63,861 nucleotides of DNA, filler included, from Chiloscyllium plagiosum (GCF_004010195.1; 3 parts of one record of this genome joined end to end with filler, not necessarily neighbours in it); one strand, 5' to 3'; positions 25,553-37,610 are shown, counted from the first letter of the whole stretch. Notes: a model not told the origin generated them from the sequence alone. Translations and numbers: made by a program.

Positions 25553-25726
25553 TTTTGTTGTGGTTCTGTTCGCCGAGCTGGGAATTTGTGTTGCAGACGT
25601 TTTGTCCCCTGTCTAGGTGACATCCTCAGTGCTTGGGAGCCTCCTGTGAAGCGCTTCTGTGATCTTTCCTCCGGCATTTGTAGTGGTTTGAATCTGCCGC
25701 TTCCGGTTGTCAGTTCCAGCTGTCCG
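25553..25726 (-). mobile_element. Penelope-like terminal repeat (family C) with mutated hammerhead core
   Basis: Reverse complement of 30013-30137; GAAA->AAAA at 25603. Confidence 0.7.
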
Positions 25727-26481
25727 NNNNNNNNNNNNNNNNNNNNNNNNNNNNNNNNNNNNNNNNNNNNNNNNNNNNNNNNNNNNNNNNNNNNNNNNNN
25801 NNNNNNNNNNNNNNNNNNNNNNNNNNNNNNNNNNNNNNNNNNNNNNNNNNNNNNNNNNNNNNNNNNNNNNNNNNNNNNNNNNNNNNNNNNNNNNNNNNNN
25901 NNNNNNNNNNNNNNNNNNNNNNNNNNNNNNNNNNNNNNNNNNNNNNNNNNNNNNNNNNNNNNNNNNNNNNNNNNNNNNNNNNNNNNNNNNNNNNNNNNNN
26001 NNNNNNNNNNNNNNNNNNNNNNNNNNNNNNNNNNNNNNNNNNNNNNNNNNNNNNNNNNNNNNNNNNNNNNNNNNNNNNNNNNNNNNNNNNNNNNNNNNNN
26101 NNNNNNNNNNNNNNNNNNNNNNNNNNNNNNNNNNNNNNNNNNNNNNNNNNNNNNNNNNNNNNNNNNNNNNNNNNNNNNNNNNNNNNNNNNNNNNNNNNNN
26201 NNNNNNNNNNNNNNNNNNNNNNNNNNNNNNNNNNNNNNNNNNNNNNNNNNNNNNNNNNNNNNNNNNNNNNNNNNNNNNNNNNNNNNNNNNNNNNNNNNNN
26301 NNNNNNNNNNNNNNNNNNNNNNNNNNNNNNNNNNNNNNNNNNNNNNNNNNNNNNNNNNNNNNNNNNNNNNNNNNNNNNNNNNNNNNNNNNNNNNNNNNNN
26401 NNNNNNNNNNNNNNNNNNNNNNNNNNNNNNNNNNNNNNNNNNNNNNNNNNNNNNNNNNNNNNNNNNNNNNNNNNNNNNNNN

Positions 26482-26712
26482 TCTTCCTTTCTCCTTCACC
26501 CTCCTCCTCTCCCTCTGCCTCCCCTTCCACCTCCCTCCCTCCCTTTGTCCCTCTCCCTCCCCATCCCTTCCCCTCTCTTTTCCTCTCCCCTTTTCCTCAC
26601 TCTTTCCCTCTCCCTCTCCCTCCTCCTTTCCCTCTGCCTCCCCTTCCTCCTCTCCCTCTCCCTCTGCCTCTGCCTTCCCCTGTGCCTTCCCCTTCCCTCT
26701 GCCTCCCCCCCT
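26482..26712. repeat. Polypyrimidine (CCCT/CTC) low-complexity tract next to gap 25727-26481
   Basis: Almost pure C/T. Confidence 0.85.
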
Positions 26713-27717
26713 TGGTCTGGGTTCACAGCTGGGGTGGAGGAGCCCTCCCAGCAGGGGAGCTCACTGGCCATTCGGGCCATCTCTGGGGAGGTGTGTGGCT
26801 GAGAACAGGGTCAAACCAAGGGTTTCTGTGCTCGAGGGAGGTGGACTGTATTTGATTTCCATACCAAGGGTCTGATTGGGCAAATAGAATGGGGCTGCAG
26901 CATTCTGTCTGCCCTTCCTCCTCCGCCTGGGTACCTCCTGGCACAGTGTCCTCCTGTGTCCTTGTGAGAATGGGGCACTGAAGCGGGCACCGTTGAGATA
27001 GTATTGACCCAGATGGCAACCTCAGACTGGGGGGTGGCAGTCCTCCAGATAAAGGAGAGCCCTAATCTGCAACAGTGCCTGTAGCAGGACCTCAATGCCC
27101 CGGTCAGAGAATGGCTGCTGTCAACTTTCCTTTCTCCACTTTCTTCAACAAATGTCCGTGACCAAACAGGGGCAGCTTCAGACGCCAGTGCTTGTCTGGC
27201 CTCTCGATAATGGTCTGGATACAGTTATTTACTGTGTGGCAAATTGTTCCAGAAATGTCACATGGTAAGATGGAGTGGGAATCAGACCATCCTTGGGGAT
27301 GCCATGGGGCAGGGGAGCTCTTTATGAAGTGAGATACAGGAAGAAATGGTACACAGTTTCACAGTGAGAATCCATTTGAAAACACAACTCACACCTACCC
27401 ACACAATAATCAGCCTATAAGTACAATCATTTGGTAAAAACTGGAGTGGGGCCAAATAGGAACCAAAAAGAGAATTTATACAAGTTCAGGACATAGTTAA
27501 TGGTCCCTTGAGTAAATGCAAGTTATTGAAGCAAAGCCAGTATGGGTTTGTTAAGGAGGTATTGTGATTTACTGACTTGTTGGTGTTTTTTTGATGAGGG
27601 TTGATGAGGATAATGCTGTTGATGCGGTGTAGATGGGCTTCCAAAAGGCACTTTTGTAAAATACTGCACAAAAGATGTGAGCAAAATTGTCTGACAGGAA
27701 GCAGAGCATAATTGTGA

Positions 27718-28012
27718 AATGATTCGGAGATGCCGGTGTTGGACTGGGGTGTACTAAGTTAAAAATCACACAACACCAGGTTATAGTCCACCAGGTTTAA
27801 TTGGAAGCACACTAGCTTTTGGAGCGACGCTCCTTCATCAGGTGGCTGTGGAGGTTAAGATTGTAAGACACAGAGTTCATAGCACAAGTTTACAGCGTGA
27901 TGTAACTGAAATTATACAGTGAAAAATCCCTTGATTGTTTGTTAATTCTCTCATCTGTTAGAATGACCATGATAGTTTCACTTCTTTCAGATGTAAATCA
28001 CAAAACTTTTCT
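27718..28012 (-). mobile_element. Penelope-like family A terminal fragment (hammerhead GAAA->AAAA) inserted in a CR1 remnant
   Basis: Similar to 9238-9440 and to the reverse complement of 10460-10587. Confidence 0.75.
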
Positions 28013-28352
28013 TTAACTTAGTGATGAAAGGTTGCTTTTGTTAGATATATCATAAAGCTCACCAAAGGTCATTATTAGAACCCCAATTCTTCCTGTTATA
28101 CATTAATGATTGAGACTTCAGGTCATAATTACAAAAGTTATGGGTGTTATGATGAAGTGTTGTAAACCATGAGGAGGACATAGATCAATAGGGTGGGTGG
28201 ACAAATGGATTATCAAAATTAATGCAGAGATTATAATGTGTCAGATGAGGTTCAATGCAGAGAAATGGGAGAATAGGGAGAAGCAATCTAAAACCCAGGG
28301 TAAAACATGGCTAAAGGGTTCAAGGGACATGGGGCAGAAGGTGGAATTAGGA

Positions 28353-29490
28353 TCATAGACACATAGATATATACAGCACGAAAAACAGACCCTTCAGCCA
28401 AATTCATACATGCCAACCAGATATCCGAACCTAATCTAATTCAGTTTGCTAGCACTTGGCCCACATCCCTCTAAACCCTTCTTATTCATATATCCATCCA
28501 GATGTCATTTCAATGTTGTAATTGTACCAACCTCCACCACTTCCTCTGGCAGCTCATTCCCTGCACACACCACCCTCTGGTTGAAAAAGTTGCCCCTTGG
28601 ATCCCTTTTAAAAATTTCTCCTCTTACTTATGGCCTGTCATTTTGGACCTCCTACCTATCCATATCCCTCATGGATTTTATAAACTTTTCTAAGATCACT
28701 CCTCAGTCTCCAACACTCCAGGGAAAAGGGCTCCAGCCTAGTCAGCCTCTCCTGACAGCTCAAATCCTCCAACCCTAGCAACATCCTTGTAAATCTTTTC
28801 TGCACCCTTTCAGGTTTCTAAAGAAGGGAGACCACAATTGAACACAGTATTCCAATAGTGGCCTCACCAAAGTCCAATGCTACTGTTACATGACCTCCCA
28901 ATTTCTACACTCAATACACTGACCAATAACGGCAAGGTTTACCAAATACCTTCGTCATTATCCCAGGAGAAGGTGAAGTTTGCAGATGCTGGAGTTCAGA
29001 GTCAAAGTGTGTGGTGCTGGAAAAGCACAGCAGGTCAGTCATCATCCGCAGAGCAGGAGAACAAATGTTTCGGGCAAAAGCCCTTCATCAGGAATGAGGC
29101 TGATGAAGGGCTTGTGCCCATAACGTGAATACATCCTGCCCTGATTTGCCTTTGCAAAATGCAGCACCTTACATTTATCTAAATTAAACTCCATCTGCCA
29201 CTCCTCAGCCCATTGGCCCATCTGATCAAGATCCCTCTGTAATCGGAGGTAACCTTCTTCGCTGTCCACTGCACCTCCAATGTTGGTGTCATCTGTAAAC
29301 TTACTAGCTATATCGCTTATGCTCACATTCAAATCATTTACATTAATGATGACAAGTATTGGACCCAGCACTGACCCTTGTGGCACACCACTGGTCACAG
29401 GTCTCCAGTCCAAAAAAAAAATCCTCCACCACCACTCTCTGTCGTCTACTTCAAGCCAATTTTGTGTCCAAATAGCTAGTTCTCCCTGGA
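28353..29490 (-). mobile_element. CR1/HER1-type LINE RT fragment with a family B hairpin insert (~28965-29127)
   Basis: DWRPVTSGVPQGSVLGP...SKFTDDT...WQMEFNLDKCKVLHF. Confidence 0.9.
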
Positions 29491-29912
29491 TTAAGGGCTT
29501 ATGCCCAAAACATCAACTTTTCTGCTTCTCGGATGCTGCCTGACCTGCTGTGCTTTTCCAGCACTACACATTTAGACTCTGAGTCCAGAACTAGAGGGCA
29601 TAGGTTTAGGGTGAGAGGGGAAAGATATAAAAGAGACCTAAGGGGCAACTTTTTCCACACAGAGGGTGGTGTGCATATGGAATGAGCTGCCAGAGGAAGT
29701 GGTGGAGGCTGGTACAATTACAGCATTTAAATGGCATCTGGATGGGTATAGGAATAGAACATAGAACATAGAACCATACAGCACAGAACAGGCCCTTCGG
29801 CCCACAATGTTGTGCCGAACATTGGTCCTAGCTTAAGCACCCATCCATGTACCTATCCAATTGCCGCTTAAAGGTCACCAATGATTCTGACTCTGCCACT
29901 CCCACAGGCAGC

Positions 29913-30012
29913 NNNNNNNNNNNNNNNNNNNNNNNNNNNNNNNNNNNNNNNNNNNNTTAATTAATTAANNNNNNNNNNNNNNNNNNNNNNNNNNNNNNNN
30001 NNNNNNNNNNNN
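29913..30012. other. Artificial scaffold join: 44 N + TTAATTAATTAA + 44 N
   Basis: Six-frame-stop linker at 29957-29968 centred in exactly 100 bp; identical construct at 53748-53847. Confidence 0.92.
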
Positions 30013-30059
30013 AAATGCCGGAGAAAAGATCACAGAAGCGCTTCACAGGAGGCTCCCAA

Positions 30060-30099
30060 GCACTGAGGATGTCACCTAGACAGGGGACGAAACGTCTGC
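30060..30099 (+). ncRNA. Minimal type I hammerhead ribozyme motif (family C), intact core
   Basis: GCA-CTGAGGA-T-GTCACCT(AGAC)AGGGGAC-GAAA-CGT-C-TGC: helix I GCA/TGC, helix II with one A.G mismatch, palindromic ACGT, predicted cleavage after C30096. Confidence 0.78.
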
Positions 30100-31097
30100 A
30101 ACACAAATTCCCAGCTCGGCGAACAGAACCACAACAACAAAATGATCACTTGAACAACAGGTCTCCTGTGGAATCACCCCAACAAGGAGTCAACACCTTT
30201 AAAGGAGAAAACTGACAAAGAATATTAATGAAGTAGTGGACTGTTGAAGGCAGCAGAGCCTTTTAAAGGAAAGCAAGGTAGCATAGTTTTGACATCGTAT
30301 TCCTCCATATTGGTAAACATTTCTATGAAGAAATTTTGCCATTTGATTTTAATTGATTTTTAACTATATATAATTGAAAGCAAAAATATTATTCCGACAA
30401 ATCTGCAATTTGTTTAGTCAGTGGCACTTTGAGAAAATGTTGTGCTTGGATTCTGTTCTTATGAAAAAATGTCCATAGGAAATGAGAGTTAGAATGGGCC
30501 ATTTGGCCCATCCAGTCCTCTCCTGCATTCAGTATGATTAAAGTCTTTTTTTCAACTCCACCTCCATTCACTATTCATATGAAGCTTAATTCTTGTGTAC
30601 TATAAGAATCTTACCACTGAGCTGTCACCACATTTCTGGGGTGCTGAATTCCAAATGATTGACACTTCATTCTGAGATTGTGACCTCCTGTTGTAGAGTC
30701 CAAGCATAACATTTGCTCAGCGTTCATCCTATCTCACCCTTTTTAATTTAGAATTCACAGGAAAAGCCTCCGTTTTAATGCACTTAGCATTTTGTTGTGT
30801 AATGAATGAGATGAAGTTTTGACTCTTGGTCTCTGTGGTTTATGTTTCATGTTCGACCTGGCTCCACTATTATACTTATGACCACAGACAGAGATTCTTT
30901 GCAGTGAGATTTCTTGGATTGTTGACTCTACAGAACTTTGAGGCTGACCACTTTGCCCCTTACTGATTATTGCCAGAGGCTAGAACCAAAAATCCTTCCC
31001 TAGAAATTATTATTTTCCTGCCTTCATGAATGGTATAGTCATTCGATCTATACTGATTTGCACCTGTGATCTGTTACTTGGGACACTAGGATAATTG

Positions 31098-32010
31098 CTG
31101 GAAATGTGTTGCTGGAAAAGCGCAGCAGGTCAGGCAGCATCCAGGGAACAGGAGAATCGACGTTTCGGGCATAAGCCCTTCTTCAGGAATGAGGAAAGTT
31201 TGTCCAGCAGGCTAAGATAAAAGGTAAGGAGGAGGGACTTGGGGGAGGGGTGTCGGAAATGTGATAGGTGGAAAGACGTCAAGGTGAAGGTGATAGGTCA
31301 GACTGGGGTGNNNNNNNNNNNNNNNNNNNNNNNNNNNNNNNNNNNNNNNNNNNNNNNNNNNNNNNNNNNNNNNNNNNNNNNNNNNNNNNNNNNNNNNNNN
31401 NNNNNNNNNNNNNNNNNNNNNNNNNNNNNNNNNNNNNNNNNNNNNNNNNNNNNNNNNNNNNNNNNNNNNNNNNNNNNNNNNNNNNNNNNNNNNNNNNNNN
31501 NNNNNNNNNNNNNNNNNNNNNNNNNNNNNNNNNNNNNNNNNNNNNNNNNNNNNNNNNNNNNNNNNNNNNNNNNNNNNNNNNNNNNNNNNNNNNNNNNNNN
31601 NNNNNNNNNNNNNNNNNNNNNNNNNNNNNNNNNNNNNNNNNNNNNNNNNNNNNNNNNNNNNNNNNNNNNNNNNNNNNNNNNNNNNNNNNNNNNNNNNNNN
31701 NNNNNNNNNNNNNNNNNNNNNNNNNNNNNNNNNNNNNNNNNNNNNNNNNNNNNNNNNNNNNNNNNNNNNNNNNNNNNNNNNNNNNNNNNNNNNNNNNNNN
31801 NNNNNNNNNNNNNNNNNNNNNNNNNNNNNNNNNNNNNNNNNNNNNNNNNNNNNNNNNNNNNNNNNNNNNNNNNNNNNNNNNNNNNNNNNNNNNGGGCTTA
31901 TGCCCAAAACGTCGATTCTCCTGTTCCCTAGATGCTGCCTGACCTGCTGCGCTTTTCCAGCAACACATTTCCAGCTCTGATCTCCAGCATCTGCAGACCT
32001 CACTCTCTCC
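31098..32010. mobile_element. Penelope-like element (family B) with inverted termini; interior in gap 31311-31893
   Basis: 31098-31178 is the reverse complement of ~31894-31975. Confidence 0.75.
31155..31190 (-). ncRNA. Minimal hammerhead ribozyme motif (family B), intact core
   Basis: Minus strand ATTC-CTGAAGA-A-GGGC(TTAT)GCCC-GAAA-CGT-C-GATT; helix I is weak. Confidence 0.65.
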
Positions 32011-32093
32011 CCAAACTGGGATAATTGGCAGATGTACTCAAGCATACATCTTAAAGAAGAGACATTGCTCAGAAGTCCAAGAAAATCAGAAAA

Positions 32094-32410
32094 GGTGGCA
32101 TGGTGGCTGAGTGGTTAGCATTGCTGCCTCACAGCACCAGGGACCTGGGTTCAATTCCAGCCTCTGGCGACTGCACAAACTCCAGACAGACATTCTCTGT
32201 ATGGGTTTCCTGCCACAATCCAAAGATATGCAGGTTTGGTGAATTGGCCATGCTATATTGTCCAGTGTTCAGAGGTGTGTAGGTTACGTGCATTAGTCAG
32301 GGGGGTGAATGCAGTGTAATAGGGTAGGAGTATGGGTGGATTAATCTTCGGATGGTCGGTGTGGACCTGTTGGGCCGAAGGGCCTTTTTCCATACTATAG
32401 GAATTCTATC
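32094..32410 (+). mobile_element. HE1-like tRNA-derived SINE
   Basis: TGGCTGAGTGG (A box) ... GGTTCAATTCC (B box); CR1-like tail. Confidence 0.85.
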
Positions 32411-32999
32411 ACTTGTCTGAACATTCCAGTAAATTCTGTCTTTTCCAGTACCACTGGAGAAGAGAGAGGATTCACCTACCTCCATTCTCAGTTGGTATTT
32501 ACTTGTTTATCTCCGAAATATGAGGAGGAACAAGGACACCTGGAGGGAAATTGAAAGCAACAAAATTATGTAAATGTAAAGTCTCATATCTCAGTTCCTG
32601 TGCACTATTTAGGATAATACAATTTATCTCCTAGTATCTTCACATGTTCTTTGTACCAAAGTACATCTCCTCACAATTCTCTGCCTTGAACTTCATCTGC
32701 AACCTTTGTCTGCCCACTCCACCAAATTGTCAATATCATTTAACAGTTCTACACTTCACTATTATAAACTGTGAGAATGGTATTGTTTGCAAATTTTCAG
32801 ATTGTCTCCTCCGCACCAAGATCTAGACCAAGAGTTCCAATACTGACACCTGGAGAACTTCACGAGAAACCTTCCAACCTGAAAAATTCCCATTTAACCA
32901 TTATTGTTTCTTATACCTCAGCCAATTTTGTATATAAATCTATATCAAAAGCAAATCTTGAAATAGATAATACTGTACATATAATCCTGTGGTAACTAT

Positions 33000-33620
33000 T
33001 GTTATGGACTAGACCAGACCACTCAAAACATGCTTGGGCAGGCAACCCAGGTCATAACTTTGCAATTTGTTTCAGTAAGTGTACAGTGAAAATTACCTGG
33101 AGTAAGTTAGCTGGTGGACTACCAGGTTTTAAAACAGACAAAAAATGTATTCACAAAAATACACAAATGAAGTCAATCTATCCAAACTAGACTTTATTAT
33201 CCTGCTGCAAATATACACAACAGTGCCAATAAGCGAACCCCCTTTTAAAAACAGTAAAAAAAAAAGGAACAGATGCTTACAGGTTTAAGTTAGAAGGGCA
33301 GAAGAAAGAGTTTAGCAAACTGTTTCCACATAGCTCACTGTTGAACTCCTAACTAGTTCTAGGCTGGACTGAACTGCTGAGCTCGGGAGCTGACCACTCC
33401 CCTTTCATTGTACACGTGACTTTGAAAACATGACCACTTAGGCCTGAAGTCTCATCTGTTTACATAGAAACAAAAATGCCTCTCAATACCCTTTAATCTG
33501 TGTACCAAACCAGTCTAATCGGCACCTAGAGCAATTACAACCCCTCTGGGGAAAAACCAACGACATTGTTCCTTTTCTCAAGGATACTGCTTTTAGAAAA
33601 AAGAAACCAGCTGTGTGACA
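33000..33620. mobile_element. Solo LTR (621 bp)
   Basis: TGTTA...TGACA termini; flanks CTAT / CAAT (4-bp TSD with one mismatch). Confidence 0.65.
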
Positions 33621-33737
33621 CAATTGTTGAGAATTTGAAGTGTGGTTGGTTTCTTACAAAGATTTTCTTTGTGGTTACTGGATGTTAGTGATGCAATGAT
33701 TATGTCCTTTAATACAGTGACTTATTTCTAACTGCAG

Positions 33738-33834
33738 ATGGGCAGACATAGTCCTAGATCTCAACACTCAGAATCCTGAGTACCTTGATATTCGGAATCC
33801 TGAAAAAGGTATACAATATAGAAAAACGAAAAAG
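33738..33834 (+). CDS. BIVM: BIVM-family protein, penultimate coding exon
   Basis: actgcag|[33 protein letters not shown]|gtaaca; 97 nt; matches my recollection of human [36 protein letters not shown]; ortholog versus paralog unresolved. Confidence 0.88.
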
Positions 33835-35418
33835 GTAACAATGAATGATTTTGGATTTTTTGGAAGATGTCTGTAATATAATAAATGTTTGATCTCAGTT
33901 TTGCACTTGTGCTGTGAATTATAGGAGTATTAACAAGCAACACAATTGGATGGACTCAGCAGGCAATGGTTGGCTCTTAAGAAAACTGGTGTCTGCAGTC
34001 TCCAGAATCATTTTCAGAACAGCTGCTTACAAAGATGGGTCAGCCCTTGCCTTTTATAAGCACTAGTTTGATGTGCTTTTGAGTTAACTTTTTCTATTTT
34101 GGTGTAACTGGAAATTGAGGGCTAAGTTCATAGCAAATTTGTTGAAAATACAATATTCCAAAGTTATTTTCTAAGTTTTCCATTAAGGTGAAAATGAATA
34201 TGCTCAGTCAGATTTTAGATTTCACTAAATTCTGGGCCATTTAATGTGAGTCCTGCAATCAATGCCAGATTTGTGAGCAAGAACATAGACTATGCAAAAT
34301 AAAATTTACCAAATATTTGTGTCAAATCAGTAAGGAGGTTATGGCATGAGATAATTTGCCTGTACGAGTGACTATTATATTTCATAGAATCCCCTACAGT
34401 TTGGAAACAGATATTTGGCCCAACAATTCCACACCAACTCTCTAAAGAGCACCCCACCCAGACACAAACCAATAACTTTTTTAATTTGAGTAATCCTTGC
34501 CCTGTTTCACATTCTCCCCTAAATGGAAGAACACTAGTGTGATATAAAGCAACTTTTGGGAGTTGGGAATATAGGGCAAGTTTGTAAGTCTGAGATTTAT
34601 ACTTGAGTATCAACAATGGAATTATCCCTCCATGTTCTTTTTTTCTCTCTAGCAGAACAGTTAAGCTGTTTTCTTTTCAGGATATGTTTTATGCAGCATA
34701 TTTGAAACTGGCAAACTTCATTTGGCGAGCATTTATAATCTTGATTACTGATTCAATCCAACAGTTTAATTTGTATGAATTACCATTAGTCACAGTTAAT
34801 ACTGATAAACTACATAACAATCTTAATTGTACTGGAGTCTTAGTGGCTAGCTTTTATTGCCCATTCCCAACACACTTACTCCCAAAAAAAACTTTGGATG
34901 TGCTAAATCTTTATAAATTACTGGCTCAATGCCAAATGGGGCACCGTGGCCAATTAGGAAAGAGGTCAAGGCCTTGGAGAATCTATAGAGACAATTTCCT
35001 AGCATTGTACCAAACCTAAAAGACATCAGTTATATGGAAAGATTGATGATTCTATGATTATTCCTGAAGCAAAAAATGAAAAATCTTGAAATATCTGAGA
35101 TTAATAAAGAAGTTGTTTTCAGTGGCAGAGGGTTCAGTAACCAAAGGAGACTGATTCTAGATAATTAGTAAAAGAATCAGAAGCCACATCATGACTTGAA
35201 GTACACTATCTGAAATTGTAGTGGAAGCAGATTCATTACTTTTCAAAAGCAAAGTGATTTAATACTTAAAGAAAATAAAAATTAGTAGAAATGAGGTGAG
35301 TGAGACTAATTGCATAGTTCTTCTATAAAAGTGGTACTGGTTGGATGGGCCAAAAAGCTGCCTTCTGTTCTGTATCATGATCTTTGCCTTAATAATGATT
35401 TGAAATGTCTCTAATCAG

Positions 35419-35712
35419 GTTGGTGGAAACTTGCATTGCATAATAGCGTTCCAAAAACTGAACTGGCAAAAATTAAGCACGTGGATGATGAGCATTGGAA
35501 ATTTCAGGTGCGAAACACGTTCAAAAGTATCAGACTGCAAGTCCAGTAAATCTGCCCTTTGTTTGGAAAGAGTTTTAAACGATCATGAACCATCAGTGAA
35601 TGACAGTGGTGTATTTCAGCAAGCATCTGAATGGAAGCAGGTCACAGGTCCATACGATTACAGAGATGGTGGATCTCCTGAAAGTGACACTGAAGAAGAA
35701 AGTATTGAATGA
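35419..35712 (+). CDS. BIVM: BIVM-family protein, last coding exon
   Basis: taatcag|VGGNLHCIIAFQKLNWQK...SPESDTEEESIE*; phase 0 matches previous exon; BIVM motif VGGNLHCIIAFQ(R/K)LNWQ. Confidence 0.88.
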   Translation, partial: VGGNLHCIIAFQKLNWQKLSTWMMSIGNFRCETRSKVSDCKSSKSALCLERVLNDHEPSVNDSGVFQQASEWKQVTGPYDYRDGGSPESDTEEESIE

Positions 35713-36099
35713 ATTTAATGTATGAATAGGTGTGACATAAAATGACTTGGGCATGTTTTAGACTCAGATTTAAGTAGGTACAAGTGTAAAGCATGGTCTG
35801 GAAAAATGAGAAAAAATGATCTTACAGCAAAGTATGCACTGTTTCCAGTGATGTCAAAAGGTGTTTCAAAACATGAAGTTGAAAACTTATAATTGTGTAA
35901 TAAACAATTCATAGGCAAGTCTGTATACAGAACTGTTGTGTAAATGTAGGGATTAATTAGTGTAAGCATAGTGAGGTATTGTTAAAGACAAATCCTGTTT
36001 TTATTTTCCATTTTTCAAAGTTTTTTTAAGAGGAATGAGTTCGAAACCATTGTAAAGAAAAATAGAAGTATCTCTTTTTTGGAGATGGTTTTAAAAATT

Positions 36100-36105
36100 A
36101 ATAAA
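36100..36105 (+). terminator. Candidate polyadenylation signal of the BIVM-like gene
   Basis: AATAAA ~390 nt after the stop; another lies at 35803? not seen, and downstream hexamers exist, so usage is unproven. Confidence 0.35.
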
Positions 36106-37610
36106 CTACTCTGATTTAGTCAAATTGTGGACTGATGTCTGCGAAACACAAGAAATCTCGTAGGTCAGACAATATAGTGGCATGGAGACCACTTTGAGCA
36201 CCATTCATTGGGAAGGGTAAGTAAGGGGAAAACATATTGGCTGGCCATTTTCTTTAAATGCTTAATATTAGAAGTTTGTTGATGTTGTTAATCTTTTCAT
36301 AAAGTTCAAACATTTTTAGAACATGTAAATAAGGTGAATATCCATCTTATGATTTTTGATTATTTGAACAGAACTTCTTTCAAAGACTGCAGAACAAAAC
36401 CCTTTTGGATGTATTATGCTCCATAAAACAATATCTAAGACAGTTACCTTGTTCAATGCTGGAGGCAGAACAATTAAATAATTTTTATAATTATTGCAGG
36501 CTGATGCTAGAGAAAAGAACCTTCGGTACTAATTGTGGCATTGCTAAAGTGAGGTGTAAGCATCTATTATACTCACATGGTCTGATAGGCCATTTGGCTC
36601 AATTATTTTTGTTGCACATTCTGTGAATCCATAATCTTCTGACTGTGCTACAGTGATTGCCTAATCCTGTATCTAATATGGCACAACAGTGCAGTGCATC
36701 AATTGGACCTTCTATCAATATGATATTCTTGTCGTGCCCTAAAGTAGGCAGCTGTTAGCTGAGGATGGCAGCTCTGTTAAATAAATCTACACACTCCTGT
36801 CAGAGACCACTTTGTAACTTACCTGGGTAGAGTGTTGATGTTCTCTCCTCAATGTTTTGTGCATTGACTGCTTAAATAAGTCAATGTCTTGTTCTGCAAG
36901 TCAACACCTCCAAGAGAAAAATATCAATATCTTACAGCAGAGAGCCATTAAGGTTTATGCCTTGGACAATTGGGTAACACTGTCTTTATAATGGGCAATT
37001 GCTTGGTCCTGCATTTTGGAACTAAAATTAGGGGATTAACGCCTCATTCAACATGTCTGAGTGATACAAGGCCAAACTAAACTGAAATTTTATTATCAAA
37101 TCAGTTACATTGAAATTTCCAGAAGATTCATTGAAAGTACACAGTGCTTTGTCCATTGCAACACTCTGAGCCATAGTACAGCAATTATATCACAAAGCTA
37201 TTAACTCCTTGACTAGTCAGGAAATTAGTTTGCCATTTTTAAACAAGTATCTAATATTTAAAATTGACACCTCACTCATTCAAAAATGGTGATAAATCCT
37301 CCCACAACAATTTAGTTTATCATGGAATATTAATACTGTTCCATGGAACTATTGATGCTTAAATATAGTAAGGAAATTACTATAAAGCTAGCTTTTTTAA
37401 GTAATATCGTTGCTGTTGATCAAATGCTATTTACAAAGTCTATAAAAATCAGCTTTTTGAGACATTCCAAATTAAAACTTTGAAAGATCAAAGTCTGCTA
37501 TCATCCATTTGAAGATTAGATCAACACAATTGGAGTTGAACAATAGGCCAGAAGAATTAGTCGCAATAAATGTCCACAGCATTCACATTGTTCTTGCCAA
37601 TATTCGAAGC

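Noticed and set aside
25537..26875. Very long ORFs through N runs (also 1343-1941, 17934-18669, 31212-32045)
   Set aside because: Artefacts of gaps and low-complexity sequence
29957..29968. TTAATTAATTAA as a piggyBac site or biological motif (also 53792-53803)
   Set aside because: Centred between exactly 44 N on each side, twice; an assembly linker
32094..32170. tRNA gene
   Set aside because: The A/B boxes belong to a SINE head followed by SINE body and tail, with several copies in the window
33784..33799. Minus-strand 16-nt micro-exon with AG/GT borders
   Set aside because: It is the antisense of a well-supported BIVM coding exon
33920..34060. Minus-strand TATAAAA plus ATG as the MMP promoter and exon 1
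   Set aside because: The ORF has no signal peptide and stops after 30 codons; it lies in a BIVM intron beyond the scaffold join
34603..35019. 138-aa plus-strand ORF with an acceptor-like site at 34680
   Set aside because: The flanking BIVM exons join directly (TKK|VGG); no recognisable homology or good donor
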